Shown: positions 1 to 12,700 of the stretch, piece by piece
How the letters are laid out: each line of letters starts with the position of its first letter
Numbering within the stretch: position 1 is the first letter of the stretch
Assembly (NCBI GenBank): GCA_976226885.1
Contig: OZ320313.1
Span: 149,792,001 to 149,856,000, forward strand
Direction of reading: 5' to 3'
DNA length: 64,000 bases
Source: Iphione sp. A-MEVVRFRX5
Taxonomy: Eukaryota
Position numbers and translations under genes: made by a program
The notes under the pieces: generated by a model
What the model was told of the DNA's origin: nothing
Seen by the model: only the letters and a program-made list of their open reading frames with translations
Database searches by the model: none

Positions 1-670
1 TACCAGACATGCAAAATTCCAGCCCTACAGGCGAGGAGGGCGGAAGGGAGGGGGTGTCCTGCTCTTAACACATGCATCAAGCACAAAGTGCCAAACAAAG
101 TGAATAAGAAAAACAGTAATTATAAAGTTCACTGTAGACTCTTCAAGCAAGATGGGAGTGATTGGGCTAGACTTTGAATGATATGGATTCTCTAAATTCT
201 GCAATTGTCTGTTACTTGAAAATTTGGGTGAAAATTTATATGACAACTGTTGAGATCTATGACTTCATTTACAGGTGGAAAATAACCTGTACAATCGTTT
301 CAATATTATTAGGAAAGTTTGCATTTTCGAATCTTTGGCTGTGATATCGATTCAAATGGAAAATGATATCGTAATAAATTATATGTAAGTTTTGATTTAA
401 GTTATCAAATTCCTCTTGTGTTCATTTTGTCAAGAGTCTGCAGTATTATAATACATGTAAAACTCTACATACGTAAATAACATAATATAAAATAAGACTG
501 CGGTGCATCAACACATGAAACAAACTAATAAAAACAAACTATATAGGATATGGCATACATGCTACACATGCAACCAGCGAATGTTTTCATGCAATAGAAA
601 CCTTTTGGTCTGGAGCATTTTGGAAATATAACAGAAATATAAAAGTAAATATTTAGCATAGACCCGTTAC

Positions 671-790
671 CTTCTTCCCTGGTGGTCCAGGAGGCCCTGG
701 GGGTCCCGGTGGACCCTGAATAAAGCCTTTCGGTACCTCTCCATCGGTCTCTGTCATGTGACCTGAGTCTCCTTTGACGCCCTTTGGTCC
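671..790 (-). CDS. Collagen exon 20 (end of COL2, NC3, start of COL3): [40 protein letters not shown], 120 bp
   Basis: CCTTTTTCTGGGTCACCAG|GGA ... AAG|GTAACG. Confidence 0.9.
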
Positions 791-3700
791 CTGGTGACCC
801 AGAAAAAGGATAAGAACAAAAACCATGAATGCGAATTGTTTCCAGAAATCCATTCGAATGGGCAGGCCAACCATGGTTTCGGAGATTTTTCGGTCTTCGG
901 AGCTCCGCCCATTCGCATGGATTCCAGCCAATAGCGTTGTAAGAGCAGGCCATGTGACCTGCAGAGATCAGTGGTCAATGAAGACAAGATCCAATCAACA
1001 ACGCTTTTTCAAACGCCAACTGCCCAGCGGCCGTCTTTTCTACGCGCCACCAGATTAGGTAGTTAAGCCAATCAGTGGCAGCGGTTCTTGACTCTGCGGA
1101 GCAGTCGGCGTCTGCAGCCATTTGCATTTTGTATCCACGGGTACGCTATGGCACGAAGCATTGGCATACATTTACCTTTTTCTTGATAGAAAAGAAAATG
1201 TTTTCCCGTTAACAACAAAGGCATGACAGATGGGTAGGGGCGACGAAGCTAAGCTGTCTGTAAGAAAGAAGGAAAGTATAGAACATGGACAACAGCGTTT
1301 TCAAAAATTATCCTTCTCCTCCTCCACAGTGATGGATTTTCTACATTTGTGGCATCTCATGACAAACGCATGCCAATGTTTGCATCCCATAATTTGCCCT
1401 GACTTAACTAAGTACGACAACGCCCCCTTTTGCTGGTGACAGAAATTAACTCTTTCTGATTTCTTCCTTCCTCCCGAAGAACCTTCATCACTGAGGCTTG
1501 CTCTGAGTGAAAAGGGCGACTATTTCTCCAGATCTCTGACGAACTTCTCCTTTCAAACATGCCTCCAAGTTCATCATGATACCACGGTTAAATATCATGC
1601 CAACATACTATTCAGATAAATAAACACTTTAGTAAGGTTAGGAAAGAACAACTCAACAGGAACCAAAAGGATGAACCAAAGTGAAGAACTGAGGTCAATG
1701 TCAAAGCATTCCCAACAGCTATCAGTAGAAATGTATGCAATATTCTTTTAAACATCTATTATTGTCAGATTCCACTTTGAAATTCTGAGTACTTCGCCAC
1801 ACAAACTCATTCAAACCTACCTTCCCATTTTCTAATTCTCACATATTTATCTTATAGCACCATTTGCTTGTTTAAGTAAGTTTTGTGATTTAAAAAAAAT
1901 ATTCTTCTCCCTTAGAGCAAGCTTCACTAATGTGAATTCCTGGGTGATCTTTAAACATGTAGCAAAGAATAAACACAACTGAGATGCAGAAAGACGGGGA
2001 AAACGGAATCCTAGAAGGTCACCAGCAAAAGAACCAGGGTGGCATGGGCCACTTGAAGTTTTCACCCCATGCTGCACCCTGGGTTCAGGGCGGGGTCTGT
2101 TTGCCCAAGGCATATAGGGGTTTAGGAGCTGACGCACGGCGACTAGAGATTGTAGTCGCGGGATGAACTCACTGGTACTCCCGGTAAGCCAGGCTCGCCC
2201 GGCAGGCCAGGCAGCCCCTCCGGCCCCGGCTCACCCACCCTCCCCTTGTCCCCCTTAGACCCTTTGTCCCCTGGTGGTCCCACAGCCCCTGTATCCCCCT
2301 TGAGCCCGGGCAGCCCAGGCATGCCGGGCTCCCCGTGGAAGCCGGGCTTCCCTGGGTATCCAGGATCACCCTTGGGCCCTGGGAAGCCCGGCTCCCCTGG
2401 GACCCCTGGGAGGGTGGTGCCCCGGCGGCCGGGCAGCCCAGGTGGGCCCTGGGTGCCGTTGTGTCCAGGTGTACCCTGAAAGTGGACACCTGGGACAGTT
2501 AGTGGTCAGCGTGAGACCAACAGGCAAAAGCTGCAGCAACTTTTGTGTGTGTCTTTTTCTTCTTAATACATTTTTTTCATTAAACTAGCTAGGTATAAGC
2601 CTATAGTCTACATGATAATTATTGCTAGTACTGCATATGTCATCAAGAATAGAACTGTAGATTTCGTATTTAGTTATTGTCAGCAGTAGCAGAGACTGTT
2701 ATATTGATGTAAACTTAGAAGGTATATTTTTTTTCTCTCTCTGAGCTATATCCATAGGAAAGAATCGTTTTACTGATGCCTTATTGTTCACAACATACCT
2801 CTGTTGAATGATTCATTCAACACTCCACGAGACAAAATACATACATGCCTATATATATAAAGATAGATCATATGTAGGCATGTGCATGTATACACAGAAC
2901 CTCTCCAAATACTGTTCTGTATAAATATATACATGTCGATGAAACTCATGCTGCAGAAATAAATCAAAAGGCCTAGATGGTACAAATATCCGACAACTGA
3001 ACTGCAAAAACAAGGAAAAAGGTGAAAATGAAGGAAATGATATTCTCTGAATTCAACAAAGAAAGACAGTGAATCGTTAGTCAACATGGGAAACATCATC
3101 GTCTCTTTTCAAGGTAAAATCGTCAATACAAAGACACTGTAATAAGATGATGGTTAGGGAACTAACCAGTTTAAAAGAAAACACGAGCAAACGGCCCATA
3201 AAACGCCGAGTTAGAAGGTAGGGATGGAATCTTTGAGCAATCACTGAAATACCCAATGGCACGGTGATTGGGATAGGCCTGGGATGTTGTTAAGGAAAAC
3301 ATTAAGATGATTTTCCGGTTAGGAGGAGAGTGATATTAGGAAAGAGGCGTCATCCTCTGTACAAGGACAGAACAAGAGGGCAAAACCCACTCAAACATAG
3401 ACACACAGAGACATAAAATACACGCACGGGACGTACAAAAAAGGTCTACTATTTCCTTTGAACGTAAGTCTTCAAAGGAGATCCTAGAAAAGAGAAGGGC
3501 AGAGGGGGACTGGGAAGGAGGGAAGGATCCCCCCAGGACGACGGTCAAATTAAACATGCCAACAATGACGTCAACACCAACCGGAAGTCCAGGGACGCCC
3601 GGTGTTCCGTCCCTGCCGTTCTTTCCGTCGCGTCCCTTTTCACCCTGAAATCGACAACGAAGCAGCGCCAAGAGGCAAAGATCAATCTAATGTCCTTGAC

Positions 3701-6700
3701 TGCCAAAAAGACTTAAGGAATGGATTTCTGATTCCAAATCGAAACAAAACACCACGAAAGATACAGCTGTCTATGTGATATTTATACATATCTGAATATA
3801 TGTATATAAGCCAGTCCGCCTATCTGTGTGAGTATCCTGTATTCTCTACCACAGCTGCATACGTATCTTCAATCATCCCTTTATCACTCTCTCCTTTCCA
3901 CATGCTTGATGTTCACTTCTCTTTGTTTTGAAATACCTCTACTCTCACAAAGCTTCCGCAGTGCTCATAGAACGTCCCCTCTTCCAATACTAACCGAATG
4001 TGTTTTCGCCACTCTCCACCTTCCTTACCTCTCCTACTCTTGAGGTGTCCCTTCCCATCCCATTTTGCATCTGCCTCTTTTGAACAGTCTTTTTCTGTCA
4101 TCCTGACGTTACATGCTTCTCACTGCCTCTCAATCTTTCACGTTGCCCTTTGTTATTTCACAGTGGCTTTATGTCTCTAAAACTACCTCTTGTTCTCTCC
4201 GAATTTCTTTTTTGTTACCTGTGTCTTAAAGTTTCTCTTACTCCAATCCTATCATACTTCAAATCTTTCTCTGTCATTCTCACAATCATATTCTCCATAC
4301 TAAGGGTCGTTTTACTATGTAAATGGATTGTACAGATCTACATGTGGGTCCAGATCGACTGTATGGTGAACCAGTCTGTACAGACCCGTGTGTGGGTCTG
4401 TACAATCTGTGTACATGGAAACACCTTAACAGAATACAATGGAGTTATATTCCCCACATGTATATAATCCGCATACATGGAAGAAGCCCCTACTTCACCC
4501 GTGTCTCTGTTTCTCCTGGTACCCACCATTGCACCCTTGACTCCTGGTATTCCCATCAGCCCTAGTTCTCCGGGCTCTCCCTTGGGACCCTACAACATGG
4601 ATCAAGGTCATAAGATAAATCAATACTTCATTCGTCATAATGCTTTATGCATGCCTGTAGAAAGTACTTCCTCATTACAAGGTGTTTTTCAGATGTGCTC
4701 CTGGTTGGATTTTTATTGTTTTTCTTGAACTAATTTGGCCAATGGAAACACCTCTGAATGGAAACTAGAGTAATCTCTTCCACACTGATTTCCATACTTC
4801 TGATGGTGGTAAGACTTCATGTGGAAAACGTTGTGAAAATTACGTGCATAATCAAGAAATATTATTCTAATGAATGTAACGAACGAAAGCCAACCGATAA
4901 GAACATGAGTAAGCAATATGTTGCAAAGGGTTGTTGAGAACGTTTGGAAAGGGAATAGTCGTTAAACGTTTACCTACCGGGGGTCCATCTAACATTCGTC
5001 CAGGTAGACCTGGACTACCTGCCTCTCCAGGTGTTCCAGGTGTGCCAGGTATGCCAGGATCACCTGGCTCCCCAGAATCTCCTTTAATTCCTGGTTCTCC
5101 CTACAGGACAGTCATCAACTGAATTTAGGCTGACAGAATGAAACGAATTCTTCCCACAGTACATTCATCATGGAAATAAATTCACTGCAGTACATTTATT
5201 AACTGTTACACTCATAGAATTATACTGACTGTAACTCTCCCAGCCAACTCTCTCAACAAAGATCTATAAATGAATTAAAGACGTTCACCCGGGTGACATG
5301 CTTCACATTAGGCTACAGTGACCTAGTTTCCAGAGTACAGTGCATTCAAAAGAACTCTCTGTCCAAGTGATATGTTCTGTTCTGAAGTACAGTCCAGATT
5401 AAAGTTTGAAGGCATACATTCGTATACCCGGAATGAATTTCGCAACACAGTAACGTATAGATTCTTTACGTAATAGTCCTAAGAAAGTTACATACATCCT
5501 ATCATTTATTCCGTATATTTGTCCTCTTAAAGATTATCATGGGTTAAAGAATGAGCAGTTCATGACTTGCTCAGTAAAGCCGAGTTATTACTACTTCATA
5601 AATGACATGAAAACATCCATCCGCTGGCCTTTCTGGCTGAAAACATTTATTATCGAAACTTTTCCAGCTATGCACTTTGAAGGCAAGCATCAGCTATAAA
5701 ACATTATGCAAACACAAAATCTGTACAAGCAAAACAACTTCCCTTCTCCAACAGAAGTAAAATACAAATTTGCATCTGGAGTGTGAATGGTATGACCGCG
5801 GTATAACAAGCCAGGGAGGCGTTAATTAAAAGTATGGTACACACAAGATTGATTATGGCACCCGGGCTCGGTGGTCCCCATACTGGACTCAGGCTGAGGC
5901 TGACCAATTCAGCCATACTTCAATCATGTTAATTCATCTTGATTATTGATATGACTGTCCTGAACTGTGCACTGTAAAATCTGCGGTAGAACCAAGTATA
6001 CCACATTCTTATTAGGGGGATGCTAAAATAAGTAAATCGTGTTCAGTTACTGGATGATGGTAGTAACCATAAACTGGTTTTACCAGGATTCTCAATAGCT
6101 TCAATGTTCTCTACAGACCTGATGTATAACCAAAGCATCTTTGGAATAAAAGATATTATGGTCTCATTTGGTGATTAGAGTTAGTTCCTTCCTTGTGTGT
6201 ACCACATTTAACCAAGGAATCAAACGGTGTTATTTCCACGCAGATATCAAGGCGGAGATTCAAGACAATATAACGGCAAGAACAGTTAAAAGGATTCGAG
6301 GGGAACCATTTAAAGTCCAAACGAAAGTCAAAACGACATGAAAATGAGATAGAAGACCATAAAAATAAACCACAGACGTCATATAATTGAAAATATATAC
6401 AATATAATGGACATCCTTGTTGTAGCATGGCGACTAATGAATGAAAAATGCATTACATCACATGATCGCAATCTCATACTCAAGATGACAAGGTGCAATT
6501 CATTTTACGTAGATAAACAGTAGGAATGAGTCACATGCAGAAAGTCATCACTGGGTACCGAAATGTGTCTTTTCGGTTTTTCGTTTCCTTTGGACAGGAA
6601 TACTTGAGACAAGAACATTTCAGGCGGGTGGGGGTGGGGAGACAAGACACCATGCGAATGCTGTACCACCCACCTGAGGTCCAGGGAAGCCTCTGAGTCC

Positions 6701-9700
6701 TACACTGCCTCTTTCTCCTTTGGGCCCAGACTTACCCTAAAATTGGGATGGGGTGAATACAACTGTCTGTTCACTGTACAGTCAGCCCCGATCATCTGAC
6801 ACCAAAATATCTTAATTGCCCACTTATGAGACTATTTCCCTTATTTCACGTTTGCTTACTTGAACTCCCACTCAACCAGACCATTTTGTCAGAAACATAA
6901 CCTGCATAGATGAACCGGGCCGACTTCAACTTCAAATTACCAATACCAGAAAGTAATATTTACAAGAACATGTTGTAAGTCACAAATAACGATATTAATA
7001 AATAACTAGGAATAAACTGTGTCTTCAAGCAATATGGCAAAGGTATCTACTATCGGAAAGATATTTGGAGAACAGACTGACACACAAAGATGTTTATTTA
7101 ATCTACCTGACTAAATATTAGACTTTCAGATAATGGTTAAATATAGGGGGACATTAGTTATAATAGTCACAGCTACGGGATTGTCCTAAAATCAGAAAGT
7201 TACACGGCTGCTTGGAAAACCATTTCACCAAGAGCTGAAGAAAGCAGTATCCTTTTCCATATGGAGAAAAGAGAAAGATAGAGGACCAGCTTGGTACTAA
7301 GGCGAACAAGGAATAGCCAATTTGCTTGAACATGTTTATCAATTTCAATCTGATTCCTTAAGGTAACATCACCAAACACTGCACTGATGATCTGACCAGA
7401 TATGAAACTTTTACAAGGTGTGATTTTGACACTGACCAATGGATAGCAAGAAACCGACTGTGTAAAACATTGAGCTAACATCTCAAGAATAGAAAGATGT
7501 CTGTGGTTTGGTGGTGGCTGATCTAATTAGAATACGTTACCTACACCTAATTTTGGTTGTACATGTTCTGTTTGCATTTTCCTAAATGAAAGCCATTTTT
7601 TATCTATGCTACTAAGACACGCTTTAAAAGGTGCCATTACTCTCATATTTCGTAACTCCAAACTGCACAAAAGCATCTGCTCATGTACTACTTTTATATC
7701 GTGAATGTCCACAAGACCACATGTGTAAGTGGATATCAATGGATATATATTTGTCAAATGAATGTGGAGGTGTTGTGTCATAATGTATTTTCTTCTCTAT
7801 TACGACAGCAATTTGTGGTGGAATGTGTAGCCACAGATCTGTAAAACTAAGTTTAATACAAAGGGTTAATAAGCTCTGCATGGAATGCAAGATGTATTCC
7901 CTGGTATAGACAGACAGCGCACCCTGATTTCTTTCCTGGATTTCATCTTGGTGAACTCCTTTTTTGGACAGTAAACAGTTCAAACAGAACTTTCATGCGG
8001 AATGTCAAGCAGAGATATCTATACGAAGAAGACATTAGGCTTAATTTGTTTCTGAATTTCTCTAAAGGGTTTTGTGGAGAATCCAAGGTTTACTCTATTC
8101 GAGTAACCTACTGTCTGTGAGTAGGAATCCAACCTAACACTAACCCACTGTCCATTCATAAACGTTTCTTTGATCCCAATCATAATGATGTAGACCTACT
8201 TTTCATTTTTTGACCCAGATGTCCTATGTTGAAAAAAGATAAGATGGATCCCTCTCTATACGTACGTCATACGCTGTCTAGTATCCAGGAATACTCCTAC
8301 ACTGAATGCAAGCTTATGATGCGGTTATCGCTTTCAAGTGTGGGAAGACAGGGGGTTATTTTCTAATGAGAATGGCCTGGGGTAACTGACCGGAATGCCA
8401 GGGATACCATCCTTGCCGGGTCGTCCCTACAAGAACAAAGCAAGTGGCTGGTAAGTTGCTGCACCAAGGCGCACCGCCCACCTCGTACTGTTTACTATGG
8501 GATGTCAAACACTACAATGGTGCAAGACTACCCTCGGGCACTAAATATGTCCAGAACCACAAAGAAAAATAAAACACCAACACAAGGCGCTAGAATTGCT
8601 AGTTAAGTTAAGGATGGGTCATAATATTAAGTATTCCTTGTTGAATTGTTTTATCTTATGCAGTTCCTCAAGAGTTATGATAATATTCTACAATCAAAAA
8701 GTGGTTAATTTGAATGAATAATGTAACTTACAGGTAGTCCGGGTGGTCCTTGTGGGCCCTGTAAGGAATTGAAATAGGCATCAACAACATCATGAATGGA
8801 CCCACATATGTGCATGCCCTTAGTGATTCTTAGGGAAACGTTTTCTGCCTATATCATTGGGGGAACTCTGATGAGACTCGTGGGACATATGGTAAGAATG
8901 AAGAGGAATACGTTCTGTGAAATAATGGGTAACTATAGAACAGGTGTACTAGATATATGGCCAATAATTAATAGGGCACTGCTGTTGCCGCAACAACAAG
9001 AAGCTAGACCTAATGGGCACAATAGACAGTATGGCATTAAAGAACTGAAGGGATCTGTATGAATAAAATTAAAGAGTATCTGCAAATTCCTGTAACCAGC
9101 TTTCATATTCTATGTAATATGGGATACTGACCAACAGTCTTTAGATTGCGTGCAAGAAAATGAAGTACCTCATGTAATAAAGCGAATGACACATGAGTGG
9201 CCAGATAGTGGAATACATTCTTCAGCAAATCATACATACTACTTGGTCAACTCATATGGGACAGCAAAATGTAATATACATGTAGCGAAACATGAGGTAC
9301 TTAAAATAAATTGGTTTTCTGCGTCAAAATTTGTGATGCTGAACCAGGGATGATATCGTAAATAGACCATTGTTAGGCAACAAATATGGAAATAGACTCT
9401 TCTCTTAGAGAAACTCATCTTCTTAGGATGATATTGTAAATGGACTATTGTTACACCACATTTGATGTATATGCGGTCCAATACTTAACATGACTAGAGT
9501 TTTTGTTGAAAAATGAACATTATGTTCTATGTTTATAATAGTTCAATAAACTTTAAATTCATTGTTATTCAAGGCTGCATGAAAATATCTCCGAAATATT
9601 TGTGAATTCACTAAGCAGTGCCATGTACGATATGTGTATTGTTATGGAATAAGTTTATTATCACTTATAATTCTATATTTTATTGTACTTGAAGAGATAA

Positions 9701-12700
9701 TCTCATTACAATTGTTAGGTGTTGGCCTTATCTCGGCGATATTGGCAACAAAAGAGAAAAAAGGCTGCCTACCTGCTGCTTAAAATAGTTGATGGAGCGA
9801 AAAAATATGTTAAGGTGAAACGAATACAGACATTATGGCACTTCCCAGCAGTGATTACCAATATGAAATATTCCAGCTACTTGGGTCGCACTGTTTTACC
9901 CTCTTTTCTTAACCCACTTACACTGTACCATAAACCATGCCGTTCAGTATTAATTTCACGTTTCCTTGACCAATAAACCAGAATAACAACCTACCACTTT
10001 CCCTGCAGGTCCAGGTTGTCCATCATAGCCAGGCAGTCCAGCAGGCCCAGACGGTCCAGGTTTGCCAGGTGGCCCAGGTGCTCCAGGTTCACCCTGGAAA
10101 TACAAGGTAGTTTCTTTAATAATTCAAAGAATCTTTAACTTTATATCTTCATTCCAGCTTTTAAGTATGTAGATCTTCATTCGGTAGTAATGTTATCAAG
10201 CGTATGAGAAAGAATGTACATCCTTGTTTGAATTGAGGCTTTAAAATGAGAAAAGTTATCAGTGCAATACCATTAATATGTCTATGAGTAAACATGCATA
10301 CACACGACTTCTTTTACCAGTACTCTGTGTGTAAAGGAGAATTACAGGTATAAACGTGAAAACCTTCTCGCCTAGAAGAAATGCATTACGGCGGCACAAA
10401 TTGGTGCGCCGATCGCTCAAATAAGCTTAATTTACATTTAACATATGGCATTACTTACATAGAACTAATAAATCTAAGATGTTGCCTGCTTCGAATAAAA
10501 ACCAGCTAGTGAATCTTGAAATTCAAACACTTACATCCACGTCAAGATGCACCGCACCATGCGATGTATGTGCCCGCGTATCTAAACTATTTAAGCCACA
10601 TTTATACACCAGGCACTAGCACTCAATAATTCTTCCCCAAGAATCTTAGAAAAGCAGCATGGCCCATTATCTACTCACTGTTCAAATGCATACTGAAAGT
10701 TGTCAATTGCATATTGAATCTTGATAATTCTTATTTTAGTATGACTTGGTACATTTTAAGTTTGACTTGCCACACTAAAATTGACTATTTGTATTTGCTC
10801 TTCACTATGCATATTTAACATCAATACATCTGTACAACATATGGAGAGCTGAATAAATCCTTGGATCCAAACATTAAGGGGCTTTTTCCATGCGCATTTT
10901 AGTCTGGATCAACTGTACTTTCTTTCTATTTATATGTTTCTCTCAGTTTTAGTACCTTCTGTCCTTCGTCTCTTACCTTAAAATAATGTGGCGATGATAG
11001 CCATCTGCTAGCATTTTCTTTCCTTTCAAATCTCTTCTGCCTTCTTTCCTCCTCAATCTTTCTCATATTATCATGACAACTTCATTATTTCTTCCCCCCT
11101 TACCTTTAGTGTTACGATACGGTCAGGCCATTCATCTCCCAGACCTCCGGGTAGACCGGGTGGTCCACGTTCTCCCTGGAAGACACAGTAAACAACAGCA
11201 TGCAGACCCCTCATCATGCAGAGCAACACAGCATGCAGGAAAAGCATAATACAGAAACGTCAGGCACATTCCTCCTCCCTGTAATGCTGGGCTAAGTTCT
11301 CATCATTCCAAGATGTGTTATAAGGATGCACGGACTAGTTTACTTCGTCATGTCGTGATAAACTACAGGGCAAATATGGACAGTTCAGGCAATGTGGATA
11401 AAACTCATGAAAATTGTAAACAAAGCCTCTCATTTCACAGGTACAATAATAACGTGCTACGCCATAACGTCAATGATGTCTTCTCCCAAGTTCCCAAGAG
11501 AATGTTCTCGTTAATACACATTATATGCAATCGTTTCTCCTAATCACCTAGTGTTAGGTTCCCAAAAATTTGGATTCGGATAACTGAGCACTCTCTTTAC
11601 TGGGGAATGTAGAATCGGAAACCTGGGGGATGCATATTTTGTTACCAAAATACCTTTGCTGGAGTTCAAAGCGAGGTTGAGTACCTGTACTGTCTACATA
11701 GTGTATTTTGCATTGAAATCGTTACTTAGTAATACATGTATATATGAGTTTACTACACCATTTTTTATCACAATACAATTTGCATACAATGGAAAACATC
11801 GATTAGGGACACCCCTGGTTCTTTCCACAACTGTCCGTAATTAGAGAATTACTTCATTATCCGAACAAAAACACGAAACGGAACATGTTCGGTTAACGGG
11901 TTTCGACTGTAAATTGCAACAACTACATTCTTTCCGGCCTAGATTGTCCCCATTTGTTGGGTGACCTACTTGCGAAAGGTTGTAATATTTCGTGACTTCT
12001 CCTTTCGTCAGTACCAGAAGTAAGTCCATCTGGTTCTACATTATGTAGGGGCAAATACTCCCAGCCTGCCATTGATGGAAGTAATTTTCACATGTGCTTG
12101 TTGAGATAATGAAGGACTTCAGTTCTTAGGAGGGCCCTTGCCCTGAAATACATCCACACTAGGATTCCATGGTAGGGGGTCCATGCCACTATCATATAGC
12201 CTATCTCCGGGTCAGAAATAAAAAAGCACTAACCATGCCATATATATATATATATATATCATACAAACATGATATACACCAATCAACATGCATTTCAACT
12301 GAAATATAAGAAATACATCGCACGTCCAGAACAAAGCTCTCAACAGGCAACCAACCTTCAATGTTATAACTTCATAGACTGATCCCTGAAAGGAAACAAG
12401 TAGGGATTATTCAGCTCATCTGGAACAAAGGCCTTCTCCTTGAAGATCATTAGAATTGGTCGCCTGAAATACCTACAGATAGAAAGAGATGTAAAACCTT
12501 TGCTTACTTTGTATATGTGAGGAGAACTTACTGGGAATGCTAAATATTCATAATTTTCATATATTGGGGCACTTTACTTATGTTAAATCGAAGCAGTGAA
12601 CAGTACCCTGAGATCTTAGTCACTGGCAATCGTATGTTGAAATTTAAATGACACTTTTCAGCAAAACCTATTTCATTGGACATACACAATTCCAATATAA

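Noticed and set aside
2169-5122. Supplied ORFs 2169-2489(-), 2246-2479(+), 4477-4728(+) and 4931-5122(+)
   Set aside because: Off-frame or antisense shadows of the collagen exons.
12110-12150. TATTTCAG|GGC AAG GGC CCT CCT pseudo-exon
   Set aside because: Not in Gly-X-Y register, and a stop codon occurs after 7 codons with no donor.
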